Virus record (IMG/VR): IMGVR_UViG_3300045988_056936
Coordinates: 1-64,000 of that record
Length of the DNA stretch: 64,000 nt
Strand: one strand, 5' to 3'
Source: a virus
Of the stretch, positions 42,961-54,965 are shown one piece after another (position 1 is the stretch's first letter; each line of letters opens with the position of its first letter). A model generated the notes under the pieces. That model did no database searches. It was not told the DNA's origin and saw only the letters and a program-made list of their open reading frames with translations. Both the position numbers and the translations under genes were made by a program.

Positions 42961-44734
42961 CTATGTACCCCAGCAGCGGAAGTTGTTGGGGTATTTTTTG
43001 TTTAATATAATTAATAATTGATGAGAAAAACATTTGAGTTTGTAAAGGTTGGAGGAGTCTGGTTCTATTGGTGGCCAGATTATGACGGAACACCAGAGGA
43101 ACTAGCAATGGTTGGTGGTGCAGATGAACTTCTTGATTCTCTAGATAATAAGTTTGTTAGATTGCAGATGGTTGACCCAGCTGCAGCTAAGATAACGTTG
43201 TCTAAAATTGAGGAGGATGAATGTGGAGCAACTTACTTATGCAAAAGTAAGAATTACAATGACAGGGTATGGATTTGTGCTGTAACTCTATCAGTATTCG
43301 GGGAATATCCTCAAAATATTTACCTAAAAGATATGTAAAAAATGAAAACGTTAAATGAGATTTTAGACAATTACAAAGACTATGCCGTAGTTCTCGATGA
43401 CCGTTTCGGTTCTAGATTAGCAAAGTTTTTAACAGAAGAGCAGTTAGAAAAAATAGGCTTCAAGTACGATGGTGATGAGCCTTATCCAGAGCCTAAGGAA
43501 TGGACTAGAGAGAATATCCTAGAGCAACTTAAGTCTGACGTGGAGTTTGGTTTTGAGAAGGCTCTAGACCAGAGAGGCATTTCAGCTAGCCTAATGTTCT
43601 ACGTGGTACTAAGGTGGAATCAAGTTCTAGAAGAGGGCTTAGAGAATTATCCTGAAGAGAATTATGCTATGTATATGGGTTGCCTTTGTTTAAGGCTACT
43701 GCTGTAAAGTATGGATGGGAGAATCCTATAGGCGACGATAATGGGGACGAAGAGTTCTACAATGAGTAGCGCTATGAAGGAATCTTCTATACTTAAAGCA
43801 ATTTCTGACGCTATTGAAGAATACGAGGAAAATCAACAAAGACGAATAGACCTGTTAGAGAGTAAAATTCTGCTATTTGAGAGAGAAAGGGAGGCTTTTA
43901 TTCGGCATTTGAGAGAAGGAAACATTCAATTATTAAAGGATTATCTAGGAATTAAAGATGAGTAAGTACTATTTAATTAAGGAATGTAATAATATTCCTT
44001 TTATCTTAGGACAGTTCGATAGTATTGAAGAGGCTGAGGCCGCTCTTCCTTCTACAAATAAGAAGGGAGCTAAGCACTTTGTCGTTTGTTCTACAGAGCA
44101 ATTAAAGTCAGCAAGGGCGGCTATATCCTACTTACAAGAAGAACTTAGAAAGAGTCGAGAGGAGGTACGGCAATGGAGGGATTTAGAACTTAAAACAAGG
44201 CTAGATTTCTCAAACCAAATCTGTGAATTATCGAAGATAGCTAATCTAACTGTAGAGGACCTAACTAAAGTATTGTTATGATAGTAAGTTCTCCTTTTGA
44301 TAAAGATTTGCTTGGACATGAGATAAGGGGTGTAAATACATCTTACTACGGACTTTCTGCATTGCAGGCTGTAATAAATCATGACGGAATCCGTCAAGAT
44401 ATTGCAAAATATATGTATAGAGACTGCATTGTAGATGGAGGACGAAAAGGAGTAATCATAGGATTTGAGGATAATAATCAATTCTTTGATTACTACTATA
44501 TAGTCTATGTGCCAGAGCTAAATACTACTGTATATCAATTAGCTAATGATGCGAGATTTATTAATTCAATTGAGATATGAAAGTATATTATATTTCAATT
44601 CCCACGGCATATGACGGGCAAGTCCCTATAAACTATGAGAAGATCTCTCCTCTTTTTCTAGAGAAGAAAGACGCTATAGAATGGGCGGTAACTCAAAATT
44701 ACTGGGATATTAGATTAATAGAAGAAGAAGTTTT

Positions 44735-45229
44735 ATGAAAAAGAAAGTTTTAATTATCCTTATGATTAGTATTGTATTCGGATTTGCAACTGGTTATTCT
44801 TTGCATCATCTGATACATTTCAATCAGAAACAGGAGGAAATGGTATTGCTGCCAGAGCATCCATTCTACTTATTGGATGAAGTAAACGAAGAAGTATTGT
44901 ACAATACTTTGAAGCATTACGATTTTCCAAATCCAGCAATTATAACAGCTCAGGCTGTTCTGGAATCTGGCAATTTTAAATCGAAACTTTGTAAGGATAA
45001 TAACAATCTGTTCGGGTTGTATAACTCCAGAACAATGTCTTACTTCAAGTTCGATAGTTGGATAAGCTGCGTGTTCGCTTATAAGCAATTTATCCTTAGT
45101 AGGTATAACCCAGAAGAGGATTATTACAAATTCCTAGACAGAATTGGCTACGCTGAGGATTCCTTGTATGAAAGTAAAGTTAAGGAATTGGAATTAGATA
45201 TACTTAATAAATATGGAAGCTCAAATTGA
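44735..45229 (+). CDS. Peptidoglycan hydrolase, glucosaminidase/FlgJ-like domain (endolysin or virion lysin)
   Basis: N-terminal TM/signal, then ..ITAQAVLESGNFKSKLCKDNNNLFGLYN.. matching the glucosaminidase motif (AQAxLESG...NNLFGI). Confidence 0.55.
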   Translation: MKKKVLIILMISIVFGFATGYSLHHLIHFNQKQEEMVLLPEHPFYLLDEVNEEVLYNTLKHYDFPNPAIITAQAVLESGNFKSKLCKDNNNLFGLYNSRTMSYFKFDSWISCVFAYKQFILSRYNPEEDYYKFLDRIGYAEDSLYESKVKELELDILNKYGSSN

Positions 45230-45560
45230 AGAAGCTATCAAATTTAGAAAGAAAGCTAATTTCAAGATATTAACTAGATTAAGTCAAATCATTGACCAAT
45301 ATCCTTATCTAAGATTTCACCAAATTCTTATTATATATAAGATTAGTGAGCTGGGAGTGGATAAGTTCAATGAGGAGAGTGTAGAAACTTTGAAGAAGCT
45401 AGAGCATGAAATGGTGGAAAAAGGAATTAGTAAGATTACTAGTAATAGTTCTGATGGGAACAATACTATTAGTAACTAGGGAAGTAACGGGTTTTGAGAC
45501 CGCAGTTATGACTGGTCTAACTATTATATTATGCAATCAAATATTTAACGAATAAAGATT

Positions 45561-47576
45561 ATGAATTTTAAAGATTTCAAGAAAGATGTAGAGTCTGCTT
45601 TCAATGCTATGATTGCAGATAATTTATTTGTAGTTAATGTAGACAAAGACCTTTTGTGGATGAGTTATCTTCTCTCCTTTGAGGACGAAACAATTCGGCA
45701 AGATCACAATTGTAATGCTTGTAAGTCTTTCATACGTCACTATGGTAAGGTAGTCGCTATAGACCCTCAAACCTACAAGGTGAAAACCTTCTGGGATGAT
45801 GTTCACACTCCTGGCTATGAAAAGACCGCATCTGATTTAGCTAAGCTCGTTAAGGAAGCTGGAATAGGAGATATATTCATTCAGGATGTTAATGAGTTTC
45901 ACGGTTGTGACCATAATGTGCAACTTCTTCCTGATGGAACTACTAGAACTTGGACTCACTTGTACGTGACTATTCCTAACAAGTTTAAATTCAACAAGAG
46001 AGTACATCATTTCGATTCTGCCGCAGGTTATCGCGGAGATGTTAGAGCTAGAGCTGGTGTCTTTGAACGCTCTCTTTCCGAGCTTAAACTAAGTGCGGTA
46101 GAAACCGTAATTGAGTTGATAGAGGATAATAATCTCTATCGCGGAGAAGAGTTCCTAAAGACTCTGCAAGAGTTCAGAAGAACTATGCTTGAGGCCGATA
46201 ATCTCTCACCAGAGGTTCGCACTAACTATTGTTGGTTTAACTTCAAATCTCCAATAGCTAAAATTAGAAATACGGCTATGGGAACTCTACTGATTGACTT
46301 AAGTAATGGTGTAGACCTGGAAAGAGCTGTTAAGTCTTATGAGAACATTATGGCTCCATCTAACTATAAGAGACCTACTGCTCTTATTACTAAGAAACAA
46401 ATTGAGGCTGCTCAGAAGAAGGTTGAAGAACTTGGGTTAACTGATGCCCTTCCTCGCCGTCATGCTCGTGTAGAAGATATTTCTGTAAACGACGTTCTGT
46501 TCGTAAATAGAGACACTCGTGCACGTATGAAAGGAGGTATATTTGACTCTTTAAAAGAGACCTCAACGGTTAATCCTAAAGAGTATACCAAAGCTACTGA
46601 AATTTCAATTTCGGAGTTTGTAACTAATGTATTGCCACACTCTAAGGATGTGCAAATTCTTGTTGAGAATAAGCATATTCCTAATTTTGTTACCCTAACT
46701 GCTCCAGAGAACCCTGATGCAGGTCAGCTGTTCAAATGGAAGAATAACTTCGCTTGGGTGTATAATGGCTCTATGGCGGATTCATTCAAGGAGAAAGTAA
46801 AAGCAGCAGGTGGTAACGTAAATGGATTCCTAAGATGTTCTCTACACTGGTTTAACTATGATGACCTTGACCTCCATGTAACAGAACCTGGTGGTAATGA
46901 AATCTATTACGGGCATAAGAGAGGATTAACTGGTGGTACACTAGATGTAGATATGAACGCTGGTTCTGGTAAAACCAGAGATGCAGTCGAGAATATTATC
47001 TGGACTGACCAATCTAAACTCAGAGCAGGTCGATATGAAGTGCGTGTGCATAACTTCTGCAAAAGAGAACATATAGACTTTGGATTCGAGGTAGAAATCG
47101 AAATCAATGGAGAACTTCATAAGTTCAACTATGATAAGATGGTGTCAGACAGAGAATATATTGCGGTAGCAATTATCAAGGTAGATTCTATTGGTAATAT
47201 AACCCTAAGTCCGGTAATTGCCGAAGGTGCAACTTCATACAAGTCTATGAACGAGTGGGGCATTGATACTATGCGTTTCCAAACTGTTTCTTGCATCATG
47301 TATTCTCCAAATTATTGGGAAGGTAATGAAATAGGAAACAAGCACCTATTCTTCATGATTGATGGATGTAAAAATCCTGACCCAGTTCGAGGATTCTTCA
47401 ATGAATATCTGAGACCCGATCTCGAAAAAGATCATAAGAGAGTATTCGAAGCTATTGGCTCTAGAGCTAAAGCAGAATACAACGATAACCAGTTGAGTGG
47501 ACTAGGATTCTCTAGTACGTCTCACGACGAGGTTGTAGTTAAAGTTGATAATAAACCATTTAAAATTAAATTCTAA
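45561..47576 (+). CDS. Large hypothetical protein (671 aa)
   Basis: Long TAG-free ORF. No confident family assignment from motifs. Confidence 0.5.
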   Translation: MNFKDFKKDVESAFNAMIADNLFVVNVDKDLLWMSYLLSFEDETIRQDHNCNACKSFIRHYGKVVAIDPQTYKVKTFWDDVHTPGYEKTASDLAKLVKEAGIGDIFIQDVNEFHGCDHNVQLLPDGTTRTWTHLYVTIPNKFKFNKRVHHFDSAAGYRGDVRARAGVFERSLSELKLSAVETVIELIEDNNLYRGEEFLKTLQEFRRTMLEADNLSPEVRTNYCWFNFKSPIAKIRNTAMGTLLIDLSNGVDLERAVKSYENIMAPSNYKRPTALITKKQIEAAQKKVEELGLTDALPRRHARVEDISVNDVLFVNRDTRARMKGGIFDSLKETSTVNPKEYTKATEISISEFVTNVLPHSKDVQILVENKHIPNFVTLTAPENPDAGQLFKWKNNFAWVYNGSMADSFKEKVKAAGGNVNGFLRCSLHWFNYDDLDLHVTEPGGNEIYYGHKRGLTGGTLDVDMNAGSGKTRDAVENIIWTDQSKLRAGRYEVRVHNFCKREHIDFGFEVEIEINGELHKFNYDKMVSDREYIAVAIIKVDSIGNITLSPVIAEGATSYKSMNEWGIDTMRFQTVSCIMYSPNYWEGNEIGNKHLFFMIDGCKNPDPVRGFFNEYLRPDLEKDHKRVFEAIGSRAKAEYNDNQLSGLGFSSTSHDEVVVKVDNKPFKIKF

Positions 47577-48319
47577 TTATGTACAAACAAGCGTCTAAAA
47601 TGAAGTTGCGCTTTGCAACTAGTAAAGGTAATTTGAGTGTGGAAGATTTGTGGGACTTAAGTCTGCCTGCATTGGACAGACTGGCAGTGTCCTATGACGA
47701 AGAATTAGCCAAGAGTCCTAGAAAATCTTTCATAACTAATGATACTCCTAGCAATAGCGAACTGGAGTTAAAGTTCAACATTGTGAAAGATGTTATCACT
47801 GATAAGCTGAAAGACAAGGCCGCTAGAGAAGCAGCTAAAGATAAGGCAGCTGAGAAGGCACGCCTGACTGAACTGCTGGCTAAGAAACAGTCTGAGAAAA
47901 TGGAAAGTATGTCCGAAGATGAAATCAGACAACGACTTGCAGAACTCGGATAATTGTGTCGTATTGAAAACAGTTAGTCCACAAATCTTAGATAAACTAA
48001 GGGAAAGTGGATTGACTGTTTGTACGTGTTGTGAATTTCCTGGTACAGCCTGGTTAGTATTCAGACCAAATATGCCTACATCGGATATTCACGGTGAGGG
48101 GTATGATTTCGAAGAGATAGGACTTTTTGGAACAGAGGCTGTTCTCAAATACTTCGAAGCTAACACTCCGAATTATGTAGATTGCGGAACTGATGTCGAT
48201 AAATTTATTAACATTTGTTTGCAGTTTAAATAAGTTAACGGTTTTTAACTTTGAATTTAACACTTGTACTGTTATTATAGTAAGTTGATTAGCGGTACGT
48301 GAGTATAGCTAATTACTAT

Positions 48320-48405
48320 GCCCGAATGGTGGAATTGGTAGACACGTCAGATTTAAGCTCTGATGCCCAGTAATGGGCGTGTGGGTTCGAGTCCCACTTC
48401 GGGTA
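48320..48405 (+). tRNA. tRNA-Leu(UAA), type II
   Basis: Acceptor GCCCGAA/TTCGGGT; anticodon stem TCAGA/TCTGA with loop TTTAAGC; variable arm GCCCAGTAATGGGC; T-arm GTGGG-TTCGAGT-CCCAC. Confidence 0.8.
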
Positions 48406-48596
48406 CTAATTTAATATCAATAATATGGAAAGATATATAGAAGAACTTATTGAAATATATAGAAAAAATACTCTAAAGTCAGATGAAGAATTAGAATCTC
48501 TGAAGAGTTTACTTAGAAATGTTCATCGTGATGGATTTATAGCAGGAGAAGAATCAATAATTAATGTTGTGGATAAACTAACAAAACGTAACTAAT

Positions 48597-49508
48597 ATGA
48601 ACAGTGTATTTTTTGGAAATGAAGGGTTGACTTCTACGTCAGCAAACTTCTATGCGAACATCGCACAAGAAATGATTCAAGCAGCACAGGAACGCTTGAA
48701 TAATGTGAAATTCTTTCAAGTATCTGTAGCCTCTATCGGTGGAGGAGAAAAGCAGTTAATGACAGTAGGACAAAAGTCCCTTGACTTTATAAAAGATGAT
48801 TTGGAAAAGGTCGCTGCCATGAATAGTTTTTGTGCTTGGGTACGAGAAGCTATTAAAGAGAAAGAAGGAATGATTGGCAAAGTATCTGCTACTATGCTTG
48901 ATGATTGGGCAGAAAGTCAGGGAATAGGACTGCCAGAGCAGCCTAAGTATCCAGAAGCTCTACCTTCTCCGACTGAAGAGACTATCATAAAGTCGTGGGA
49001 TATTAACAAGAGAAATAAATTCCTAAGATTAGAGGCGTTTGCTTCTACCTATGGAAAGTATATTCATCCAAAAGGAGCCTTTAGTAAAGCACGAAAAGAA
49101 GTTCATGCAGCTGAGAATTGTCCTATCTATAAGGAAGGCTCTGGAAGAGATTTAATTCTCTACTACCAAGACCCTACCATCGAAGTAGAAAAAGTGGACA
49201 ATATGTTCATGTCTCTTCAAGACACCTATCGTTCTTACGAGAAGGAGTTAAATGCTCTTAAAGCTGAGCTTAAGGAGGAGGTTAATAAACTTTCTAACAC
49301 TCAAGAACAAGAGTATCGTGAGAAAATGGCTGAATTTAAAGCAAAATACGACAAATATACCTCCGAATTAGGAGAGTTGAGAAGTCGTTTCAATAGTTGG
49401 AAAACTTCTGAAATGGAACGTATTTCCAAACTAAAAATCGCTTTGCCTAAGAATCTTTTAGATATTTTCGAAGAGATTAGGAGACAAGGCGACTCTTCCT
49501 CTAAGTAA
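48597..49508 (+). CDS. Hypothetical protein
   Basis: A 303-aa TAG-free ORF with a coiled-coil-rich C-terminus. Confidence 0.4.
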   Translation: MNSVFFGNEGLTSTSANFYANIAQEMIQAAQERLNNVKFFQVSVASIGGGEKQLMTVGQKSLDFIKDDLEKVAAMNSFCAWVREAIKEKEGMIGKVSATMLDDWAESQGIGLPEQPKYPEALPSPTEETIIKSWDINKRNKFLRLEAFASTYGKYIHPKGAFSKARKEVHAAENCPIYKEGSGRDLILYYQDPTIEVEKVDNMFMSLQDTYRSYEKELNALKAELKEEVNKLSNTQEQEYREKMAEFKAKYDKYTSELGELRSRFNSWKTSEMERISKLKIALPKNLLDIFEEIRRQGDSSSK

Positions 49509-51204
49509 TTAGAGGACTTCCGTAGGAAGCTAACATAACATACTTAACAGGAATAATTATGAACAGTATATTCTTAAATCCGCATGGATTTAATCTTTAT
49601 TCGCTGGCTACACAAAAATTTACAACCTACTCTCTAATTGAGAGTCTTTGTCTTAGTCTTTGTTAGTGTAGCTAGGTCTTTGACTACGGCTTCATCTTTG
49701 CCTGCGCGTTAGCTTCCTACATAGCTCGTCAACCACGTGTTGAAGGAGTTACGGAATCCCTTCGGGATTCTAGCCTTTTGCTTCAGTTACAAGTAATCTT
49801 TAAACTTGGTGACTATTATCCCAAATTCTCAACAAGATGAAGAGGGAGGTTGACCAACCTAATAATGGTACAAGCTCTTCGGAGTGATAGGAGTGGGGAA
49901 AGTATCTGGTGAAGCACAGATACTGGAACCACTCTTTTTTTTGATAGATAAAATGATTATTAACTAATTTAAATTAAGAAAAATGAAGAAAGTACTATTG
50001 CTTTTCGGAATGGTTGCACTGATGTCTGCTTGTGCAGGTAATACAAAGACTCAGGCTCCAGAAAACGATTCTATCGCAATCGTTAAAGAAGTTGCTGACA
50101 CAATGAGTGTAGACACTCTAGGTGTGGATAGTCTTGTAATTGATAGTATTCAGTAATATGGATTTTATCGCAACCAGAGTCAATGAACTCTTAAGTAGGG
50201 TATCTCCTATTAAGCGATGGCTTATTTCTGATGTTGCGAATGAATACTATCGAGCAGGATATCAAGATGGTCAGAAACTAGTCTACAGAAATGTGTTAAA
50301 GGGAAGCGCATTGAGAGAGTTTATCGAAATTCTAAATCATTGCGGAATTAAACTTAGTTACAACTTACGTAAGGGTGGGCTACTGGTCAGTGTAAGAACT
50401 GATAAGTTGTCCAACTTACAGAATCTTGTTAATTGTTACAAAAATGAGCAAAACAAAGAGAACAGTCCTGACAAGGGATGATTGTCCCCCATTGGAGGAA
50501 CAATACAAAAGCATTATGGAGAACTTTGATTTTGATAAGGTTCTGGAGTATATGCAGTGGGACAAGAGTCATAGAGAATATGATGACGAGGGTCGCTGTA
50601 TAGGCAAAAGTACATGGAAAATGTATGTAGGTCCGAACGAACACAGAGTTCCCACTCTTTACGAACTATCCAGAAATGCTAGCGTACTACTAAGAGAAGT
50701 AATGAAGCTGTACAATGACAACAAAAGTCCTTATCTTTCTATAGCTACTGGACCATTCAAGGTTATTTGCAGATATGGGATGCTGGAACTTATAGCTTGC
50801 CTAGAAACTTGGAGTTATGATTGAATTTAATCAGATTTTTTGTGAGGATTTGAAAGATGATTTCGAGGAAGCTGGTAGGCATGAGAGAAATTTCGAGTTA
50901 GACGAGTTTATTCAGAAGGATTTAAGTAGAGCATTTGCGTTTGGTTATTGTCATTTAGACTGGATAAAGGAGAAAATGTGGTTTCCTGTTCCTATTAGGA
51001 AGGCTTTACGGCATTTAGGGGACGACCTAGAAGATTTTGCTCCTCAGCTTAAATGGCTTAACGAAAAATATGGTGCTATAGGAAAGAGAGTTAGAATTGT
51101 TGATTATGCAAACTATATTTTAGATAATATATTTTGTGACAATCAAGACGATTTGCTAAAGATAGCAATATTACTCGGAACTAACATGAGAGTAAATACT
51201 GCTG

Positions 51205-51648
51205 ATGAGCAGGCTAGAAGTGTTCACTGATGGAGCTTTTAGCTCGTCTAGAGACACAGGAGGAGTAGGAGTTGTATTCGTAATTGATGGGGAAAAAGCC
51301 TATGAATTTAGTAAGATGATTCCTAATACTACTAATAATAAATGTGAGTTGTTAGCAGTAATTTATGCTCTAAATGCAGTAAGTCGTAAAATCGAATCTC
51401 TGACTATTTACTCAGATTCTCAGTACGTCATAGGATGTGCTACTAAAGGATGGAAAAGAAAGAAGAACGTAGAGTTATGGAATTTATACGACAAGGTCTT
51501 AAATAAGGCAAAGCAATTTTGTCCTAATATAGATTTTTGTTGGGTGAAAGGACATACTTCAAGTTCAGACTTCTTTTCTCAGATGAATAATCTCGCAGAT
51601 AAATTAGCAGTTGAAGCAAGTCAGGAATATGAAACTAAGAAAGAATAA
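51205..51648 (+). CDS. rnhA: Ribonuclease H (RNase HI)
   Basis: ..VFTDGA.. (Asp1), ..NNKCELLAVIYAL.. (Glu), ..IYSDSQYV.. (Asp), ..WVKGHTSS...NLADKLA.. (His/Asp). Classic RNase H1 motif order. Confidence 0.75.
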   Translation: MSRLEVFTDGAFSSSRDTGGVGVVFVIDGEKAYEFSKMIPNTTNNKCELLAVIYALNAVSRKIESLTIYSDSQYVIGCATKGWKRKKNVELWNLYDKVLNKAKQFCPNIDFCWVKGHTSSSDFFSQMNNLADKLAVEASQEYETKKE

Positions 51649-52061
51649 GAATAAGAAACTTATCAAAGAAGCTATGAAGTTTTATCCATTCGATTATGGA
51701 TTTGTTCTCTCTTTAGAGAAACAAGCCCTAATTAGAATGTATGAATACTTTAAGGTATCTAGAATTGCGGAAGGCAATGAACGTGTCGAAAAAGAGCTAA
51801 ATCTAGCACTAAAGCTATTAGATATTGTGCTAGAAATAGATTCTGCGTATCACCATGACTTTAGACCTGGGTCAAAGGGATTTGTAGATAGACACATAAA
51901 TACTAAAAATTGGAATCGATTCCACCCTAAGGCTGCTGATCTCGATTGGAATACTCCAATCCTTAAAGATTATCTGAGAAGAGAAAAAGCCTGGTACTTA
52001 TACAACAAACTAAAGTTTGAACGTATGAGGTCTTGGTGGGATTAATTTAATTAATAGAATT

Positions 52062-53078
52062 ATGAAGAAAATTTTTAGTATTATTTGTTTGTGTTTAATG
52101 TGCGTGTTTGCTAGCGCACAAGTTGTTGAAACTGGAAGTTTGAAAGATAACTGGTATGTTTCTGGTAATGTAGGTACCACAATTTGGGACAACTCAAGAA
52201 GTTGGGCTGAACCTCATGATGTATTAGTAAATATTGCGGTGGGTAAAGAAATTACTCCTATCTTCGGACTAGAGTTAGATATGATGGCAGGTATGAATCA
52301 AGGCAGTAAAACGTTCTTCGATTCCCATAACCTTACAGCTAATGTAACTACTAATCTAACTAATCTTATTTGTGGATACGAAGGCTCTAGACGTTTATTT
52401 GAGCCTGTATTACTGATAGGTGCTGGTTGGTATCATACTTATGGTGATGTTTATAATAATGTATCTGCAAGAGGTGCAATTAGATGCAACTTTAATATTA
52501 CTGATAGTTGGGCACTAAATGTTACTCCAGAGTATATGCTACTTCCAAAGACTACTCCTCTAAATCATGAAGTAAATGTTTATATAGGAGCCACTTACCG
52601 GTTTAAGTCTAATAAAGGAAACTTTCCTATGATGAAACTATATAGTGACGCTGAAGTAGAAAGTCTTAATGCTGCTATTAACGAGTTGAGGGTTAAGAAT
52701 AGCGAATTGGAATCTCGTAAACCAGTAGAAATAATTAAGACTGATACTATAGTAGTTACTAAGGTAGAACTTCTTACACCTAAAATTCAGTTTTTACAGA
52801 ACTCTTCTGAAATCTCTACAACTTCTAATGTTGCAGTATCGGAGTTAGCAGCTTATATTTCAAATAGTGGTAAGTCATATATGATTGAAGGATATGCTTC
52901 TGAAGAAGGTCCAGTAGATTTTAATGACAACTTAGCTGTAGCTAGAGCAGAATCTATGAAGAAGGCCCTTATCAGTTATGGCGCTCCAGAGGATAAGCTT
53001 ATAGTTAAAGGCTGCGGAAGCACTACTGAGTTTGGAGATAGAGAATTTAACAGAATCGTAATCGTAACAGAACAATGA
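52062..53078 (+). CDS. OmpA-family outer-membrane protein (signal peptide, beta-barrel, OmpA_C peptidoglycan-binding domain)
   Basis: MKKIFSIICLCLMCVFASAQ. The C-terminal ..EGYASEEGPVDFNDNLAVARAESMKKAL..GCGSTTE.. matches OmpA_C. Confidence 0.6.
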   Translation: MKKIFSIICLCLMCVFASAQVVETGSLKDNWYVSGNVGTTIWDNSRSWAEPHDVLVNIAVGKEITPIFGLELDMMAGMNQGSKTFFDSHNLTANVTTNLTNLICGYEGSRRLFEPVLLIGAGWYHTYGDVYNNVSARGAIRCNFNITDSWALNVTPEYMLLPKTTPLNHEVNVYIGATYRFKSNKGNFPMMKLYSDAEVESLNAAINELRVKNSELESRKPVEIIKTDTIVVTKVELLTPKIQFLQNSSEISTTSNVAVSELAAYISNSGKSYMIEGYASEEGPVDFNDNLAVARAESMKKALISYGAPEDKLIVKGCGSTTEFGDREFNRIVIVTEQ

Positions 53079-54140
53079 AATACAAGAAAAAAGTAAAATG
53101 GTTAAAGGATAAACAGGCATGGTGGGATAAGCAGGGAAAAGATTTCCAAGCTGCAACCACTAGACCTGGTTCCGTTAAAACTCGATAATCTATGTTAGCT
53201 ATTATACTAGCAATAGTCTTGATAATCGCCTTTATTTATTACGACCCATATGTAGATATTACAGAGGATAATGTCTTATTATGGTATAATGGTAAGGGAT
53301 ATAGGGAATACATTATTCTGTGGTCCAGAAATACTAATTAAGTATGGACGTAAAGATTATGTTGATAAGTGATTGTATAGGAGTTGTGCTCTATGCGCTC
53401 CTATACTATACACTTTATCATACCTATGAACTAGATTATTTAGGTTCTGGAAGGTGGAGAAGGTGGAGAAGAATATCTGTGCCTGGTTGGGCTGTAGTTA
53501 TAGCCCTAGTGAGCCTATGTCTTCCTCCTGTAGCTGTCTCGCTTTCTATAGTAAGCTGGATTATATATATGCTTAAGTTTCTCGGCGATAAATATTACGA
53601 GGTAGACGTTTCTTTTATTAAGTTTTTATCAAACTCAATACATGACACGAATATTTAAACATCTAATTAGGATTATTAAGCATAAATACTGGGTAGCACG
53701 CTATTGTTTCCAGTTAGGTCTTTATTGGCAGGGAATAGTACATGACTGGTCTAAGTTTAGCTATACTGAATTTAGTAGGTCAATAAAGTATTGGGACGAT
53801 ACTATTAGTCCTCTAGCTAATGAGAAAAACATACACGGATATTCTGAAACCTTCCTACATCATCGAGGAAGAAATCCACATCACTATGAATATTGGGTTC
53901 ATAGTTTAGATGAAGGAGGAGTTCCAGCGAAAATGCCAAGAAAATATGCTTTGGAATTAGTCTGTGATTATCTGGCTGCTGGGAGAACCTATAATAAAGA
54001 TTTTACCTATGGGAGTGAGTACAACTGGTGGATTAAATTTCTAAGTTCACCTAGAGCTATACATCCCGAAACCAAGGACTTCGTAACTAAATGCTTTAGG
54101 CATTTGAGTGCCGGAGGTAATATTAAATATTTATTGAAAA

Positions 54141-54965
54141 TTGACTATGAGTAAGATAATAGGGCAAGACAAGTTAATTAAGGAAGTTAATAGAATATTT
54201 CAGGTATTTGTAAATAGTAATTGCAAGATAAGACCGCACTTTATTCTTACAGGTGAGAGCGGGTCTGGTAAGAGCTTTACTATTAAACAGTTATGTGATA
54301 TGAATGAACTTAGCTTTCTAGAAGTTAATGCAGCTCAAATAACTAAAGAGGGTATTTCTGGAAATAGTTTAAGCAAAATTCTATCTCCACTTGTTAACTA
54401 TAGTCACACACCTATTGTAGTCTTCGTAGACGAGTTTGATAAACTTTTCATCAACGGAAACACTAATAGCCAACTGGCTAATGAATCTACTGCCAGTGTA
54501 CAGAACGAGTTTCTCAAACTTTTAGAGTCTGATACTACTAGTGTTTTTGGCGATTATGGGAAGTACATATCAGTCCCTATTGATAATGTACTATTTGTGT
54601 TTGCTGGAGCATTCAATAATGAGCCTCACATTACATTAGATAGACTAAGAGACTTTGGAGTTAAAACAGAGTTTCTTGGAAGAGTAGGATTAATCTACAA
54701 TACTAAACCTCTCACTCTAGAGGATTTGTATTCTATCTTGGAGTGTTCAGACTTGTTGCAGAATTATCTTGACTTATTCTTTAATGTAAATAGAGAACAA
54801 GTCATTAGTGATTTGAAAGGGTATCTCGAAAGTTCTTTTCGCAATAATACTCTTGGAGCAAGAACAATTAATACTCTTATTCACCAATACTTTATCAAAG
54901 GTGGAAAACTCGAAACTGAAGAAGTAAAAGAAATAACTTTTAACAAAAAATTAGAATGGAAATAA
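54141..54965 (+). CDS. AAA+ ATPase (ClpX/HslU-like core)
   Basis: Walker A GESGSGKS, Walker B VVFVDEFDKLF, sensor ..FVFAGAF... Confidence 0.55.
   Translation: MTMSKIIGQDKLIKEVNRIFQVFVNSNCKIRPHFILTGESGSGKSFTIKQLCDMNELSFLEVNAAQITKEGISGNSLSKILSPLVNYSHTPIVVFVDEFDKLFINGNTNSQLANESTASVQNEFLKLLESDTTSVFGDYGKYISVPIDNVLFVFAGAFNNEPHITLDRLRDFGVKTEFLGRVGLIYNTKPLTLEDLYSILECSDLLQNYLDLFFNVNREQVISDLKGYLESSFRNNTLGARTINTLIHQYFIKGGKLETEEVKEITFNKKLEWK

Noticed and set aside
45561-47576. Assigning the 671-aa protein to a named family (ADP-ribosyltransferase Alt-like, vWA-like)
   Set aside because: I could only see vague motif resemblance, with no diagnostic catalytic residues. It is left as hypothetical.
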